A stretch of DNA of 32,000 bases from Candidatus Nitrospira inopinata. GTDB taxonomy: Bacteria > Nitrospirota > Nitrospiria > Nitrospirales > Nitrospiraceae. The stretch lies in assembly GCF_001458695.1 (NCBI RefSeq), contig NZ_LN885086.1, forward strand, positions 2,820,001-2,852,000, in the 5' to 3' direction. Below the pieces are notes generated by a model that saw only the letters and a list, made by a program, of their open reading frames with translations, was not told the DNA's origin and ran no database searches. Made by a program: the position numbers and the translations under genes. Below are positions 1-7,846 of the stretch, one piece after another (position 1 is the first letter of the stretch; each line of letters starts with the position of its first letter).

Positions 1-39
1 TCGACTTGGCTTGTACCTTGCTCGACCGCATCTTCCGCC

Positions 40-693
40 TTATCCCTTTGGCTCCGCGGCGGTTGCACGCTTGGCCCGCTCTTCCAACCACACTTTCGGA
101 TACTGAACCTTTCCCAACAATCGAAAACCGTCAAGCGCCTCGCGCAACAGCGCCCGCCGCTTCTCGGCATCCGGCTCGTTTTTCTTCGCCTGCTCCCGCA
201 ATTCCCCCAACCACTGCACGAAAGCGGCAAACTCGGCGTCCAATATCCGCTCCAAATCCTCTTTCATAAACCCGGACAGCAATGGCGCGACTCCGCTCGA
301 ACTGACGGCAATTCTCATATGCCCTGCTGCAACGACCGCAGGCATCGTCACGCTGGAGGCTTCCGGGAAATCGACCGACCACACCAGCACTCGTTTTTCT
401 CTCGCTTTGGCGAGCAACGTTCTGGCGAAGTCACGGTCTCCCCGCACGGTATTCAAGATCAATATCGCGTGTTCGAGGTCCGACTCGCGGAAATGCCGTC
501 CCCGATGGATCACCTTTCCCGAAGCGGCCAGCTCGCGGAGCGGTTCATTGAGCGTCGGACTGACGACCATGACGCGCGCGCCCGATTCAAGCAATCGCCG
601 GGTCTTTTCGGCCGCTTCGTCATCGCCGCCGATCACCAAAACCGTCCAGCCCTTGACGTCCAACACCAACGGAAAGCCGGGATTCGGAGCCAT
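40..693 (-). CDS. precorrin-2 dehydrogenase / sirohydrochlorin ferrochelatase (siroheme synthase N-terminal-domain family, SirC/Met8/CysG-N-like)
   Basis: ORF 40..750(-). NAD-binding motif VLVIGGDDEAAEKTRRLLESGARVMVVSP as in CysG-N/Met8. Start moved to ATG 693 (MAPNPGF), which is preceded by GGAGGAGAGG. Confidence 0.75.
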   Translation of the reverse strand: MAPNPGFPLVLDVKGWTVLVIGGDDEAAEKTRRLLESGARVMVVSPTLNEPLRELAASGKVIHRGRHFRESDLEHAILILNTVRGDRDFARTLLAKAREKRVLVWSVDFPEASSVTMPAVVAAGHMRIAVSSSGVAPLLSGFMKEDLERILDAEFAAFVQWLGELREQAKKNEPDAEKRRALLREALDGFRLLGKVQYPKVWLEERAKRATAAEPKG

Positions 694-926
694 CGTCCTC
701 TCCTCCGTCTCATGCGAACAAATGCCGCAGCGACGGGCATCATACAACACGACTTTCGAGATCGTAAACCGCGGTCCCTCTTTTCTCGGCTCGATCCATC
801 ACGACGACTTATCTATAATTCCGCCGCGTCGCTCGACCGTCGGCCGAATGCAGACAGACGTCTTGAATCCGTTCGAAGCGGTTCCGAGCGGCGGGACGGT
901 ATCTGAGAGGATTATCGGAGGGTGGA

Positions 927-1472
927 TCAACTCTCGGCGGGATCGGCGTCCAATTCCATGTTCCAATAAAGATAGTCGCGCCAGCTTTCCGGCGTATTCC
1001 GAATGCCGATCGTGATGGTGATCATGGGACTCCACCGTGGTTTCACCGGCCGCTTTTTCAGCCTCATTCCCGCTTCTTCCGGCGTGCGGCCGCTCTTGCG
1101 ATTATTGCACCGCCAACAGGCGGTCACGATGTTTTCCCAGGTCTTCTTGCCCCCCTTGGCGATGGGAACAACGTGGTCGAAGGTCAGTTCCTCGGTCCGA
1201 AAACGATGATTGCAATACTGACACGTGTAGCCGTCGCGCGTAAAAATGTTGATGCGGGAGAACTTGACGGCCCGGTGGCTGTCTTTCAGTCGCACGAGCT
1301 TGAGCAGCCTCATCACGGCGGGAAGTTTAAACGAGATGGAGACACCGTGGATTTCGCGATCATACACCTCGAGGACTTCGACTTTACCTTGCCAAAGGAG
1401 CGTGATGGCCTTTTGCCAATGGAGCACTCGAAGAGGCTCGTACGTGGCGTTGAGGAGCAGCGTCATTTCCAT
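927..1472 (-). CDS. HNH endonuclease family protein (stand-alone, COG1403-like)
   Basis: CQYC ... DHVVPIAKGGKKTWENIVTACWRCNNRK: two CxxC pairs around an H-N-(N/H) core. GAGG RBS lies before ATG 1472. Confidence 0.8.
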   Translation of the reverse strand: MEMTLLLNATYEPLRVLHWQKAITLLWQGKVEVLEVYDREIHGVSISFKLPAVMRLLKLVRLKDSHRAVKFSRINIFTRDGYTCQYCNHRFRTEELTFDHVVPIAKGGKKTWENIVTACWRCNNRKSGRTPEEAGMRLKKRPVKPRWSPMITITIGIRNTPESWRDYLYWNMELDADPAES

Positions 1473-1604
1473 GGACCAACCTCATTCGCAACCTCTCTCC
1501 CGGAAGATAATTTACCGAGGGAGAACACCTTTTCGATTTTGTATGCCATAAGCTTTTTTTGAAATCAAGCAAGCCTCCCGGTTAGACTAGGCCCGCGCAA
1601 CTCA

Positions 1605-1970
1605 ATGGAAACACACGAAACACACAGCCCTGATTCCCATACCCCTCAGTTCGTCACGGTGGCAAAAAGGAACGAGGTGCCGCCCGGCACAGGGCGCATC
1701 GTGGATGTCCAGGGAATATGGGTCGCGTTGTTCAACGTCGAGGGCACCTTCTACGCCATTGACAACACCTGCCCCCACGCCGGCGGCCCGCTCGGCGAAG
1801 GACGATTGGACGGCATCATCGTCGAGTGTCCGTGGCACGGCTGGAAATTCGACGTCACCTCAGGAGAACGGCTCGGAAATCCCAATTTCCAGGTGACGTG
1901 TTGCACGGTGCGCGTTCACGGAGACGAGGTTCAGATCGCCGTTCCACCGGCGCTCAGGGGACCGGCCTGA
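1605..1970 (+). CDS. Rieske [2Fe-2S] domain protein, NirD-like small subunit / Rieske ferredoxin
   Basis: CPHAGGPLGEG ... CPWHGWKF = CxH-(n)-CxxH Rieske ligands; 121 aa, typical of NirD-type proteins. Confidence 0.8.
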   Translation: METHETHSPDSHTPQFVTVAKRNEVPPGTGRIVDVQGIWVALFNVEGTFYAIDNTCPHAGGPLGEGRLDGIIVECPWHGWKFDVTSGERLGNPNFQVTCCTVRVHGDEVQIAVPPALRGPA

Positions 1971-1972
1971 CG
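1778..1972 (+). repeat. Direct repeat copy A (3' end of the Rieske gene plus 2 nt), partner at 2944..3138
   Basis: Manual alignment: 195 nt, 6 mismatches, no gaps versus 2944..3138. Confidence 0.9.
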
Positions 1973-2017
1973 CAAAGCTCAGCCCTCGCTGTCATGCGAT
2001 CGGTCTGAAGCGCCAAG

Positions 2018-2236
2018 TTAGGAGGAAATGGTCTGCACAATCAGCGGCAACTTGCTGAGTGTGAGTTGCTTCAGCTCTACCTTGTGGCTGGCATTGTCGA
2101 TATCGATCCCTACAAGGTGTCCAGCGGTATCGTAATCGAGAACGATACCTTCAGCGATCTCTCGGCTTTCGACGCTCGGCCGTTCGGAAAGATCGATGTA
2201 CAGCGAATCGGTATCGGGATAATAATTGAGCTTCAT
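2018..2236 (-). CDS. DUF2283 domain protein (putative antitoxin-like partner)
   Basis: MKLNYYPDTDSLYIDLSERPSVESREIAEGIVLDYDTAGHLVGIDIDNAS matches the DUF2283 pattern (KITYD..D.LYI.L...ES.E....I.D.D..G.IVGIEI.NAS). It overlaps the upstream gene by 4 bp (ATGA). Confidence 0.75.
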   Translation of the reverse strand: MKLNYYPDTDSLYIDLSERPSVESREIAEGIVLDYDTAGHLVGIDIDNASHKVELKQLTLSKLPLIVQTISS

Positions 2237-2475
2237 GGCTTGAACCCTCTGTCTGGAAAAGCGTTGTGTATGGTGACTTTATCTTCGAGGGTGATCACCC
2301 GCACGATCTGTCCCTCAAGCTCTTCAATCCGGCCCCAGAACCGATACCGGTTTCCCTCTTGAGGCTCGCTTCTGAGGGGGTTCTCAAGAACTCGGATGCA
2401 CCACTCTTTCTTCAAGTACGGACGTTTTCGCAACACTTCCTGTTCAAAATACTCGGTAAACTTGTATCGCGCCAT
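2233..2475 (-). CDS. DUF4258 domain protein (putative toxin-like partner)
   Basis: 80 aa, with FTEYFEQEVLRKRPYLKKEWCIRVLENP ... IVRVITLEDKVTIHNAF resembling DUF4258 proteins. Translationally coupled to the DUF2283 gene. Confidence 0.6.
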   Translation of the reverse strand: MARYKFTEYFEQEVLRKRPYLKKEWCIRVLENPLRSEPQEGNRYRFWGRIEELEGQIVRVITLEDKVTIHNAFPDRGFKP

Positions 2476-2574
2476 CGATCATACAATAGCGTTTTCACTC
2501 AGAAATGGCCAGCCTTCAGCCGAACATCCCGCCGCTCAGCGACGGCGTGAAGCGCCATTCGCTGCAAGGGCCAG

Positions 2575-2814
2575 TTAGGCGGTGGCGGTTTCAAGTGATC
2601 GAATCTTTTTCACAATGGCCCTTGAAAAATCGACAAAGACGAAGTGGCCCTTGTGATAGAGATAATCCTCGCCGCTTTCGCCCACGATCCGCTCCAGATC
2701 GTCCTTGGCCGCTTGCGGGTCCGGAATGATTCGATACACCTTGCCTGGAATCAAAGAGGCCTTGTAGTCGGTGTTATCCATACAGAGGGCGAATGATTTA
2801 GCTCGTTGTCTCAT
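2575..2814 (-). CDS. small conserved hypothetical protein (79 aa)
   Basis: Clean ORF. Its ATG overlaps the TGA of an upstream truncated reading frame (ATGA coupling). No family recognised with confidence. Confidence 0.5.
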   Translation of the reverse strand: MRQRAKSFALCMDNTDYKASLIPGKVYRIIPDPQAAKDDLERIVGESGEDYLYHKGHFVFVDFSRAIVKKIRSLETATA

Positions 2815-2943
2815 GAGTTCTCCAAGTACTGCTTGATCTTGAGATCTCGCCTGCCGATGATGTTGTGAGCTTCATACCCATGAAGCGCTACCTTCCGCAG
2901 AACACCGTTCGGCAACCGGACAGTAGCGATAGCCTTGAGCTTC
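2811..2943 (-). pseudogene. 5'-truncated ORF remnant (C-terminal ~44 codons ...KLKAIATVRLPNGVLRKVALHGYEAHNIIGRRDLKIKQYLENS*)
   Basis: The frame is open up to the repeat boundary at 2944 with no plausible start. Its stop overlaps the start of the 79-aa ORF, as in a two-gene cassette. Confidence 0.4.
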
Positions 2944-3138
2944 CGCCGGCGGCCCGCTCGGCGAAGGACGATTGAACGGCACCATCGTCGAGTGTCCGTG
3001 GCACGGCTGGAAATTCGACGTCACCTCAGGAGAACGGGTCGGAAATCCCAATTTCCAGGTGACGTGTTGCACCGTGCGCGTTCACGGAGACGAGGTTCAG
3101 ATCGCCGTTCCACCGGCCCTCAGGGGATCGGCCTGACG
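2944..3138 (+). pseudogene. Direct repeat copy B = orphan 3' fragment of the Rieske gene (last 64 codons + stop)
   Basis: 97% identical to 1778..1972. The Rieske frame reads AGGPLGEGRLNGTIVECPWHGWKFDVTSGERVGNPNFQVTCCTVRVHGDEVQIAVPPALRGSA*. That frame is closed by TGA at 2936..2938 just upstream, so there is no 5' part. Confidence 0.85.
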
Positions 3139-3179
3139 TCTGCGATGAGCTGACGCAAGCGGCCGGCTCGATCGCGTTG

Positions 3180-3392
3180 TTATGCGGGCACTTCGACATC
3201 GTCGCCCCTGCTCGACGGCTGTGGAATCGGCATGCCGCCTTCGCGAAGCCCAGCGATGTGAAACTCGATTGCTTCCCGGATCTGTACCCCGACTTCCTCA
3301 AGTGTGACGCCTGTGGCAGTGCAACCAGGAAGATCCGGAACATGGGCGGAATAATTGTTCTGAGCCTTTTCGATCACGATGGCGTATCGCAT
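3180..3392 (-). CDS. hicB: HicB-family antitoxin (UPF0150)
   Basis: MRYAIVIEKAQNNYSAHVPDLPGCTATGVTLEEVGVQIREAIEFHIAGLREGGMPIP is the typical HicB N-terminal domain. Confidence 0.8.
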   Translation of the reverse strand: MRYAIVIEKAQNNYSAHVPDLPGCTATGVTLEEVGVQIREAIEFHIAGLREGGMPIPQPSSRGDDVEVPA

Positions 3393-3399
3393 GGGAGCC

Positions 3400-3566
3400 T
3401 TACTTCTTCAAACCAGCTTGTTTAAGGATGCTCTTCAACGTGCTAGAAGCAAGATCATTGCCGGGCCACCGTCACTCGACCGGTTTGGAGGAATGCTTGG
3501 ACTGGCAATACGGTACCAGCCGTCATCGTCATCCGGAGAACCCCATTGACTTTCTTTGACTTTCAT
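3400..3566 (-). pseudogene. hicA: hicA toxin pseudogene (frameshifted/deleted)
   Basis: HicA-like pieces lie in three different frames: MKVKE..DDDGWY, then GRVTVA, then GNDLASSTLKSILKQAGLKK*. Length is 167 nt (not a multiple of 3). The stop is 7 nt before the hicB ATG. Confidence 0.7.
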
Positions 3567-3648
3567 CGGCCAATTCCATCTCTCCGATCTCGTAAAAGAA
3601 ACCCGTCAGAAGCATTCCCCTCAGCATCCTTTGCCGACCATTCGTCGA

Positions 3649-4506
3649 TCACTTTGCGAACTCATATTCAATTTCAGTGATGCGACCACGCCAGTATGGC
3701 TTCGTTCCCTCAGGAAGCAGCCAGGCCACTTCTCCCTCCAGCGGCACCTGCATTCCTCCGCGCTCTTGGTAGTTCCAGAAACGTCCCTGCCACGGTGTAG
3801 GGATAACCTTCTTGCCTATGGTGCGTCCCCGTGCCTCCACTCTCACGGTCTCAATCCCGCCGGCGCCGTTGAAGCCGAACAACATCGTGACGGTGATCGC
3901 GCCGTCGGTGAGCATGGCGCGTGCTGACCGCGCATCGAGCGGCTCCCATCGCACGCCCTGACTGGGCAGCAGGGCTGTCGGATACCACGCTGCCTCGGCA
4001 AAGAAGCGCATGAGCTCGCCTTCGGCAACATCCCCGGCCCCTCGCAAGTCGACCAGGGGAATCAGGCCAAGCAATGCTGCATACAGGATGCCTTCGCCCG
4101 CCACGTAGGCATCATGCACACGAACAGTCAGGCCGGGCATCATCTTGATTCGACCATCCCAATCGAAGCCCGGGCGACGCGTAATGACCCGTTGATCAGA
4201 GGTAAATGGCCGCCACTGGTCGGCCGTTTCTCCCATATTGAAGGTGCCTTGGTGACGCACGCGCACGCCGGCCACCATCGGCCGGCCTTCCTTCAGTACC
4301 GCGCGAAAGTACTGCTGCACAGGTTCAGGCAACCCCGCAAGCTCATGAAAATTGACAACCTTCGGTGTGATCGGCATGCAGGCGTTCTCAATACGCGCTC
4401 GCAGTTGTCGCGTGCCGTCGGCCCAGTTGAGGGCACCATACACAACGGCAGCCGCTATTGCCACGACCGCCAGAAGTCCGACGATGATGATCTTCAGCAT
4501 GCTCAT
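3649..4506 (-). CDS. conserved hypothetical protein with N-terminal transmembrane anchor (285 aa)
   Basis: Long clean ORF with N-terminal LKIIIVGLLAVVAIAAAVVYGAL helix. The start overlaps the stop of the upstream nitroreductase remnant by 4 bp. Confidence 0.7.
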   Translation of the reverse strand: MSMLKIIIVGLLAVVAIAAAVVYGALNWADGTRQLRARIENACMPITPKVVNFHELAGLPEPVQQYFRAVLKEGRPMVAGVRVRHQGTFNMGETADQWRPFTSDQRVITRRPGFDWDGRIKMMPGLTVRVHDAYVAGEGILYAALLGLIPLVDLRGAGDVAEGELMRFFAEAAWYPTALLPSQGVRWEPLDARSARAMLTDGAITVTMLFGFNGAGGIETVRVEARGRTIGKKVIPTPWQGRFWNYQERGGMQVPLEGEVAWLLPEGTKPYWRGRITEIEYEFAK

Positions 4507-5015
4507 ACCAGTTCAATCACATCTTCGGGCGCACGCCGCTGGGTGAGCCGGATCTTGTCGACGGGGTAACCCAAGCGCAGCAGAATCTGAGGAAATCCAC
4601 CTCCCTCGAGGTTCTGCGGCTTGGGGCGCAGCGCGGCAACCTGGATCGGCTGATTGAGATACGACGCCAGCAGTCCATGCTGGCAGGCCACAAGCAGGAT
4701 GTGCTGAAGGGCCTGTCCGGCCAGCAACCAGTCGCGTTCGTTGTCGCTGTCGGTCCCGAACACCACAAGCACCGGACACCCGCGTAACCGTTACCCGCGC
4801 CAGCAAATCCGGCTCTTTGGAATCGGGCAGGGTCTCGACTTGCGGACAATAACCGAAGCCTGTAGCGGCGATACGCAGGTTCATCAGTGCGCGGCCGCAG
4901 CTGATGGTAAGTTCCCGATCATCTGGATCGTTGACCGGCAGGGCGCGCGTACGGTCCGCAAGGAGATCAATAAATATGCGTTCGAGACGCGAAAGAGCCA
5001 GGTGCCAATGACAAA
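4503..5015 (-). pseudogene. Acg-type nitroreductase family remnant (N-terminus missing, internal deletion plus frameshift)
   Basis: One frame gives ADRTRALPVNDPDDRELTISCGRALMNLRIAATGFGYCPQVETLPDSKEPDLLARVTV. Another gives VLVVFGTDSDNERDWLLAGQALQHILLVACQHGLLASYLNQPIQVAALRP...LLRLGYP. The frame switch is near 4775-4785, and the central ~130-150 aa expected in this family are absent. Confidence 0.65.
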
Positions 5016-5204
5016 CATGAAGTTGTTTGCCCAGTCCTGAACGTAGTAGTTCTGAAGCCGGAAGGTGTGGCCATTGAGCGAGAAATCCGCTGTGCCGCCC
5101 CAGCCTTCGGACGGAGTGAATCCGAGCGCGGTATAGAACCGCTTGGACAGCTCAAAATCCTTGGAGGGAACGTAAGGCTTGAGGCTCGTGATGCTCAGTG
5201 GCAT
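5016..5204 (-). pseudogene. VOC/glyoxalase-bleomycin-resistance family remnant (N-terminal ~64 codons only)
   Basis: MPLSITSLKPYVPSKDFELSKRFYTALGFTPSEGWGGTADFSLNGHTFRLQNYYVQDWANNFM is VOC-like. The rest of ORF 4884..5204 is out-of-frame nitroreductase DNA. Confidence 0.6.
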
Positions 5205-5418
5205 GTACGTGTCCCTTGACGTTCCCCTTGGCGCCGAACTATTAGTGAACCGCTCGGCCTCCTGAGATGATCACCCAATGATCTCGCGCCAAATCGCCTC
5301 TGGGTCTACGAGAAACATTCGCGAGATCTATCTCTTGTCGGCCTTTGTCAAGGTGTCACTGGCCCACCTTCCATGAGCCTGGTCCATAGCGGCTATGTCC
5401 TCTTCGCATCGTCGATGC

Positions 5419-5904
5419 TCACCCGACCGGCTCCTCGTCCGTCCGACTTCTTGATGCGCCTGGCAATGGGGGAATCGTTTGCGGATCGTCATCGGGATCT
5501 TTCGGAGTAATGCCGTCCGCCGGGAGTGAGGCTGCGTTCACTTTTTGACGGGCCAGATGCGCGTGCCAGATGAACTCACGCTCGAACCACTGACCGCGCA
5601 CGCTTTGATCCCGCAACTGAACACGGATTTCATAGATATCGTTCTCCACTCGGTGCACACGCCACTCCCCAAGCCGAACCCCCTGTCCGCGCTCCTTCAT
5701 GGAACGGACGTGTTCGTTCATGGCTTGGAGAATGGTGCCGCCGCCGATGGCCGGATACGACTGCACCATGGCCAGGGCTTCGGCCTCACGGCGATCCAGC
5801 GGCTGGCGAGCGCCGGGCAAACCGGTCCAGATGTAATAGGCTCCACCGATCAGAAGCCCCAGGGTGACGGCCAACTGAATCATCCGGTTCACAGGCAATT
5901 GCAT
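5419..5904 (-). CDS. hypothetical membrane-anchored protein
   Basis: ORF 5419..5934. ATG 5904 (MQLPVNRMIQLAVTLGLLIGGAYYIW) is preferred over the TTG at 5934. One predicted TM helix; no family recognised. Confidence 0.55.
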   Translation of the reverse strand: MQLPVNRMIQLAVTLGLLIGGAYYIWTGLPGARQPLDRREAEALAMVQSYPAIGGGTILQAMNEHVRSMKERGQGVRLGEWRVHRVENDIYEIRVQLRDQSVRGQWFEREFIWHAHLARQKVNAASLPADGITPKDPDDDPQTIPPLPGASRSRTDEEPVG

Positions 5905-6237
5905 CGCGCCCCTCTTTTCAACATCTGGTTTCAACGTGGGGTTTCTCTTTCTTCAAAAAACCCCGTCGCGACAGCCGCGCGGGCATCTTAGGAACAGCTT
6001 TTCTTCGATGTCAACGAGCCGCCGCAAGCCACGACCGGGCCCCGTTGAGGTCCCTCAGCCCCCGGCAGAGGCAATTCCCCGTCCGGCACTTCGCGCCACG
6101 ACATCGCGATCCACACCATATGCCAAACCGGTCCATATGCCGGGCATTACTCCGGCCATTTCGCCGCTTGTCTGTGAAAAAGACCTTGTGCTACAAGTAT
6201 CGCCCGGTGTTTCAGGATCGGAGGCCGTGCCCGTTGC

Positions 6238-6681
6238 ATGAAGTTTTTTCTGTACGCGGATCAACTCAATCCTACGCAGCTCAAACGCCGGGCTCCGGAA
6301 CACAGGTTTCTCCATCTCGCCACGCTCGCGGACCATACGATCAAGTTCTGCCGATGGTCTTCTCAATGGCGATGCGGTTTGGCCAGCATCGTTCCGTCAC
6401 CGGGCGAGCTGGTATGGGGCGGCGTCTTCGAGTTGACGGAGGAAGACGTCAAACTCATGGACGAGTTTGAGAACGACGTGCCGCAAGGCGCCTACCGCCA
6501 CGTGCAGATCACGGTCGCCGACCAGGAAGGAAACAAAGAACTGGTGACGACCTACGTCGCCGCTCCGATCGGCAAGTTCAAACCCAAGGATCATTACATC
6601 GAGTGGGTCATGAAAGGCCTCACCCGATGGAGCTTTCCCGAGGAAGTCATCCAGCAATGGGAGGCCTACAGGGTCCGATAA
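6238..6681 (+). CDS. gamma-glutamylcyclotransferase (AIG2/GGACT-like) family protein
   Basis: 147 aa. Has the N-terminal FFLYADQLNP motif (FxYGSNL-like) and the size and pattern of AIG2-like proteins. First gene of a co-directional cluster. Confidence 0.55.
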   Translation: MKFFLYADQLNPTQLKRRAPEHRFLHLATLADHTIKFCRWSSQWRCGLASIVPSPGELVWGGVFELTEEDVKLMDEFENDVPQGAYRHVQITVADQEGNKELVTTYVAAPIGKFKPKDHYIEWVMKGLTRWSFPEEVIQQWEAYRVR

Positions 6682-6744
6682 CGAACGGGGAGTCGCCACC
6701 CACTCACAACGATCATCATCGCAAAGAAGAAAAAGGAGAGTTCT

Positions 6745-7071
6745 ATGCCAAAGCCCAAGTATCATATTTTAGTCTGCACCAACTCCAGGCCGCCCGGTCA
6801 CCCGAAACCATCCTGCGGATCGGCGGGAGCCGCGCAGTTGCTGATGGCCTTCAACATGGGGTTGATGCAACGAGCCGTGCCGCCCGGGCAGGTCGTGGTC
6901 ACCGCCACGGGTTGTCTCGGCCCCTGCGAGCAGGGCCCCACGGTCGTAGTGTATCCGGATGGAACCTGGTACTCCAAGGTCACGGAGGCCGACGTCGCCA
7001 CGATTCTCGACGAACACATCGCCAAAGGAACACCGGCGGCAAGCTTGAAACCGGATTCCGTCTGGCAATAG
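6745..7071 (+). CDS. thioredoxin-like [2Fe-2S] ferredoxin
   Basis: HILVCTNSRPPGHPKPSCGS ... ATGCLGPCEQGPTVVVYPDGTWY: four Cys in the TRX-like Fd pattern. AAAGGAGAG RBS. Confidence 0.8.
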   Translation: MPKPKYHILVCTNSRPPGHPKPSCGSAGAAQLLMAFNMGLMQRAVPPGQVVVTATGCLGPCEQGPTVVVYPDGTWYSKVTEADVATILDEHIAKGTPAASLKPDSVWQ

Positions 7072-7144
7072 TTTGATCGCGCCATCACTGGAAAATCAGC
7101 GCGGACTCGTCTTGAATTTTTTACAGACACATGGTGACACGTTT

Positions 7145-7657
7145 ATGACCAGCAACGCGGTTCACGAACATAAAGGCAAGGCACCCGTCTCTGTTCAATG
7201 TCTCGTCATTACGTGCAGCGATACCCGTACCCCGGAGACCGACGCAAGCGGGCAACTCATTATGCAAATGCTCAAGGACGCGGGTCACACCGTCGGCGCC
7301 TATTACATCGTCAAAGACGAGCCCGGACAAATTCTGTTTCGGATCAATCAGGGCATCTCACACGGCATGGCTCAGGCGATTATCGTCAACGGGGGAACGG
7401 GTATTTCGCGCCGCGACTCGACGTTCGAAGCGGTCGATCGGATGTTGGAAAAGCGACTGGACGGCTTCGGCGAGATTTTCCGCTATTTGACCTATCGAGA
7501 GATCGGATCGGCCGCCATCATGAGCCGCGCCACCGCCGGCGTCGTGAAGGGTCGTGTGGTCTTTTCGATTCCGGGATCCGAACACGCCGTCAAACTTGCC
7601 ATGGAGTCGTTGATCCTGCCGGAGCTTGGGCACTTGGTGCAGCAACTTTCCATTTAA
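7145..7657 (+). CDS. moaB: molybdenum cofactor biosynthesis protein B (MoaB/MogA family)
   Basis: VITCSDTRTPETDASG ... IIVNGGTGISRRDSTFEAV ... FSIPGSEHAVKLA motifs. ATG 7145 is preferred over the TTG at 7073. Confidence 0.85.
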   Translation: MTSNAVHEHKGKAPVSVQCLVITCSDTRTPETDASGQLIMQMLKDAGHTVGAYYIVKDEPGQILFRINQGISHGMAQAIIVNGGTGISRRDSTFEAVDRMLEKRLDGFGEIFRYLTYREIGSAAIMSRATAGVVKGRVVFSIPGSEHAVKLAMESLILPELGHLVQQLSI

Positions 7658-7846
7658 CCTCTTCACTCCTGACCTCGCATGGTTCCGCGACGGCTACAAA
7701 AAGCCGTCGCAGGCTTCGCCACGGCGAATCGTGTCTCGACCATCCTCTTTGCTCTTGACTTGAATAGACCGATCAAATCGGTTATTGAACACCTGTCTCT
7801 CCGACACTGGCGAACAAGCACGGTCTCACCGGAGCAAGGTTGTCTC

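Noticed and set aside
927-1472. The HNH endonuclease as part of a restriction-modification or other defence system.
   Set aside because: No methyltransferase, helicase, ATPase or other defence partner is adjacent. This stand-alone HNH type is widespread as a single gene, so one HNH motif does not support a defence call.
2935-3153. 72-aa plus-strand ORF across the second Rieske repeat copy (twin of ORF 1826..2008).
   Set aside because: It is in the wrong frame relative to the Rieske coding frame and is extremely Arg-rich. It exists only because the DNA is duplicated.
7679-7846. The ORF-track start of the molybdoenzyme (7679) would give a 56-aa N-terminal extension.
   Set aside because: The extension precedes the twin-arginine motif by too much and has no signal-peptide character. 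ATG 7847, with GGAG upstream, gives a normal-length Tat signal.
7658-7846. Moco riboswitch or ANTAR-type antiterminator target in the leader of the nitrate-reductase-like gene.
   Set aside because: The hairpin loops are 8 nt and 3 nt and do not fit the dual hexaloop ANTAR pattern. I could not recognise Moco-motif conserved blocks by eye. It is retained only as a low-interest finding pending an Infernal scan.
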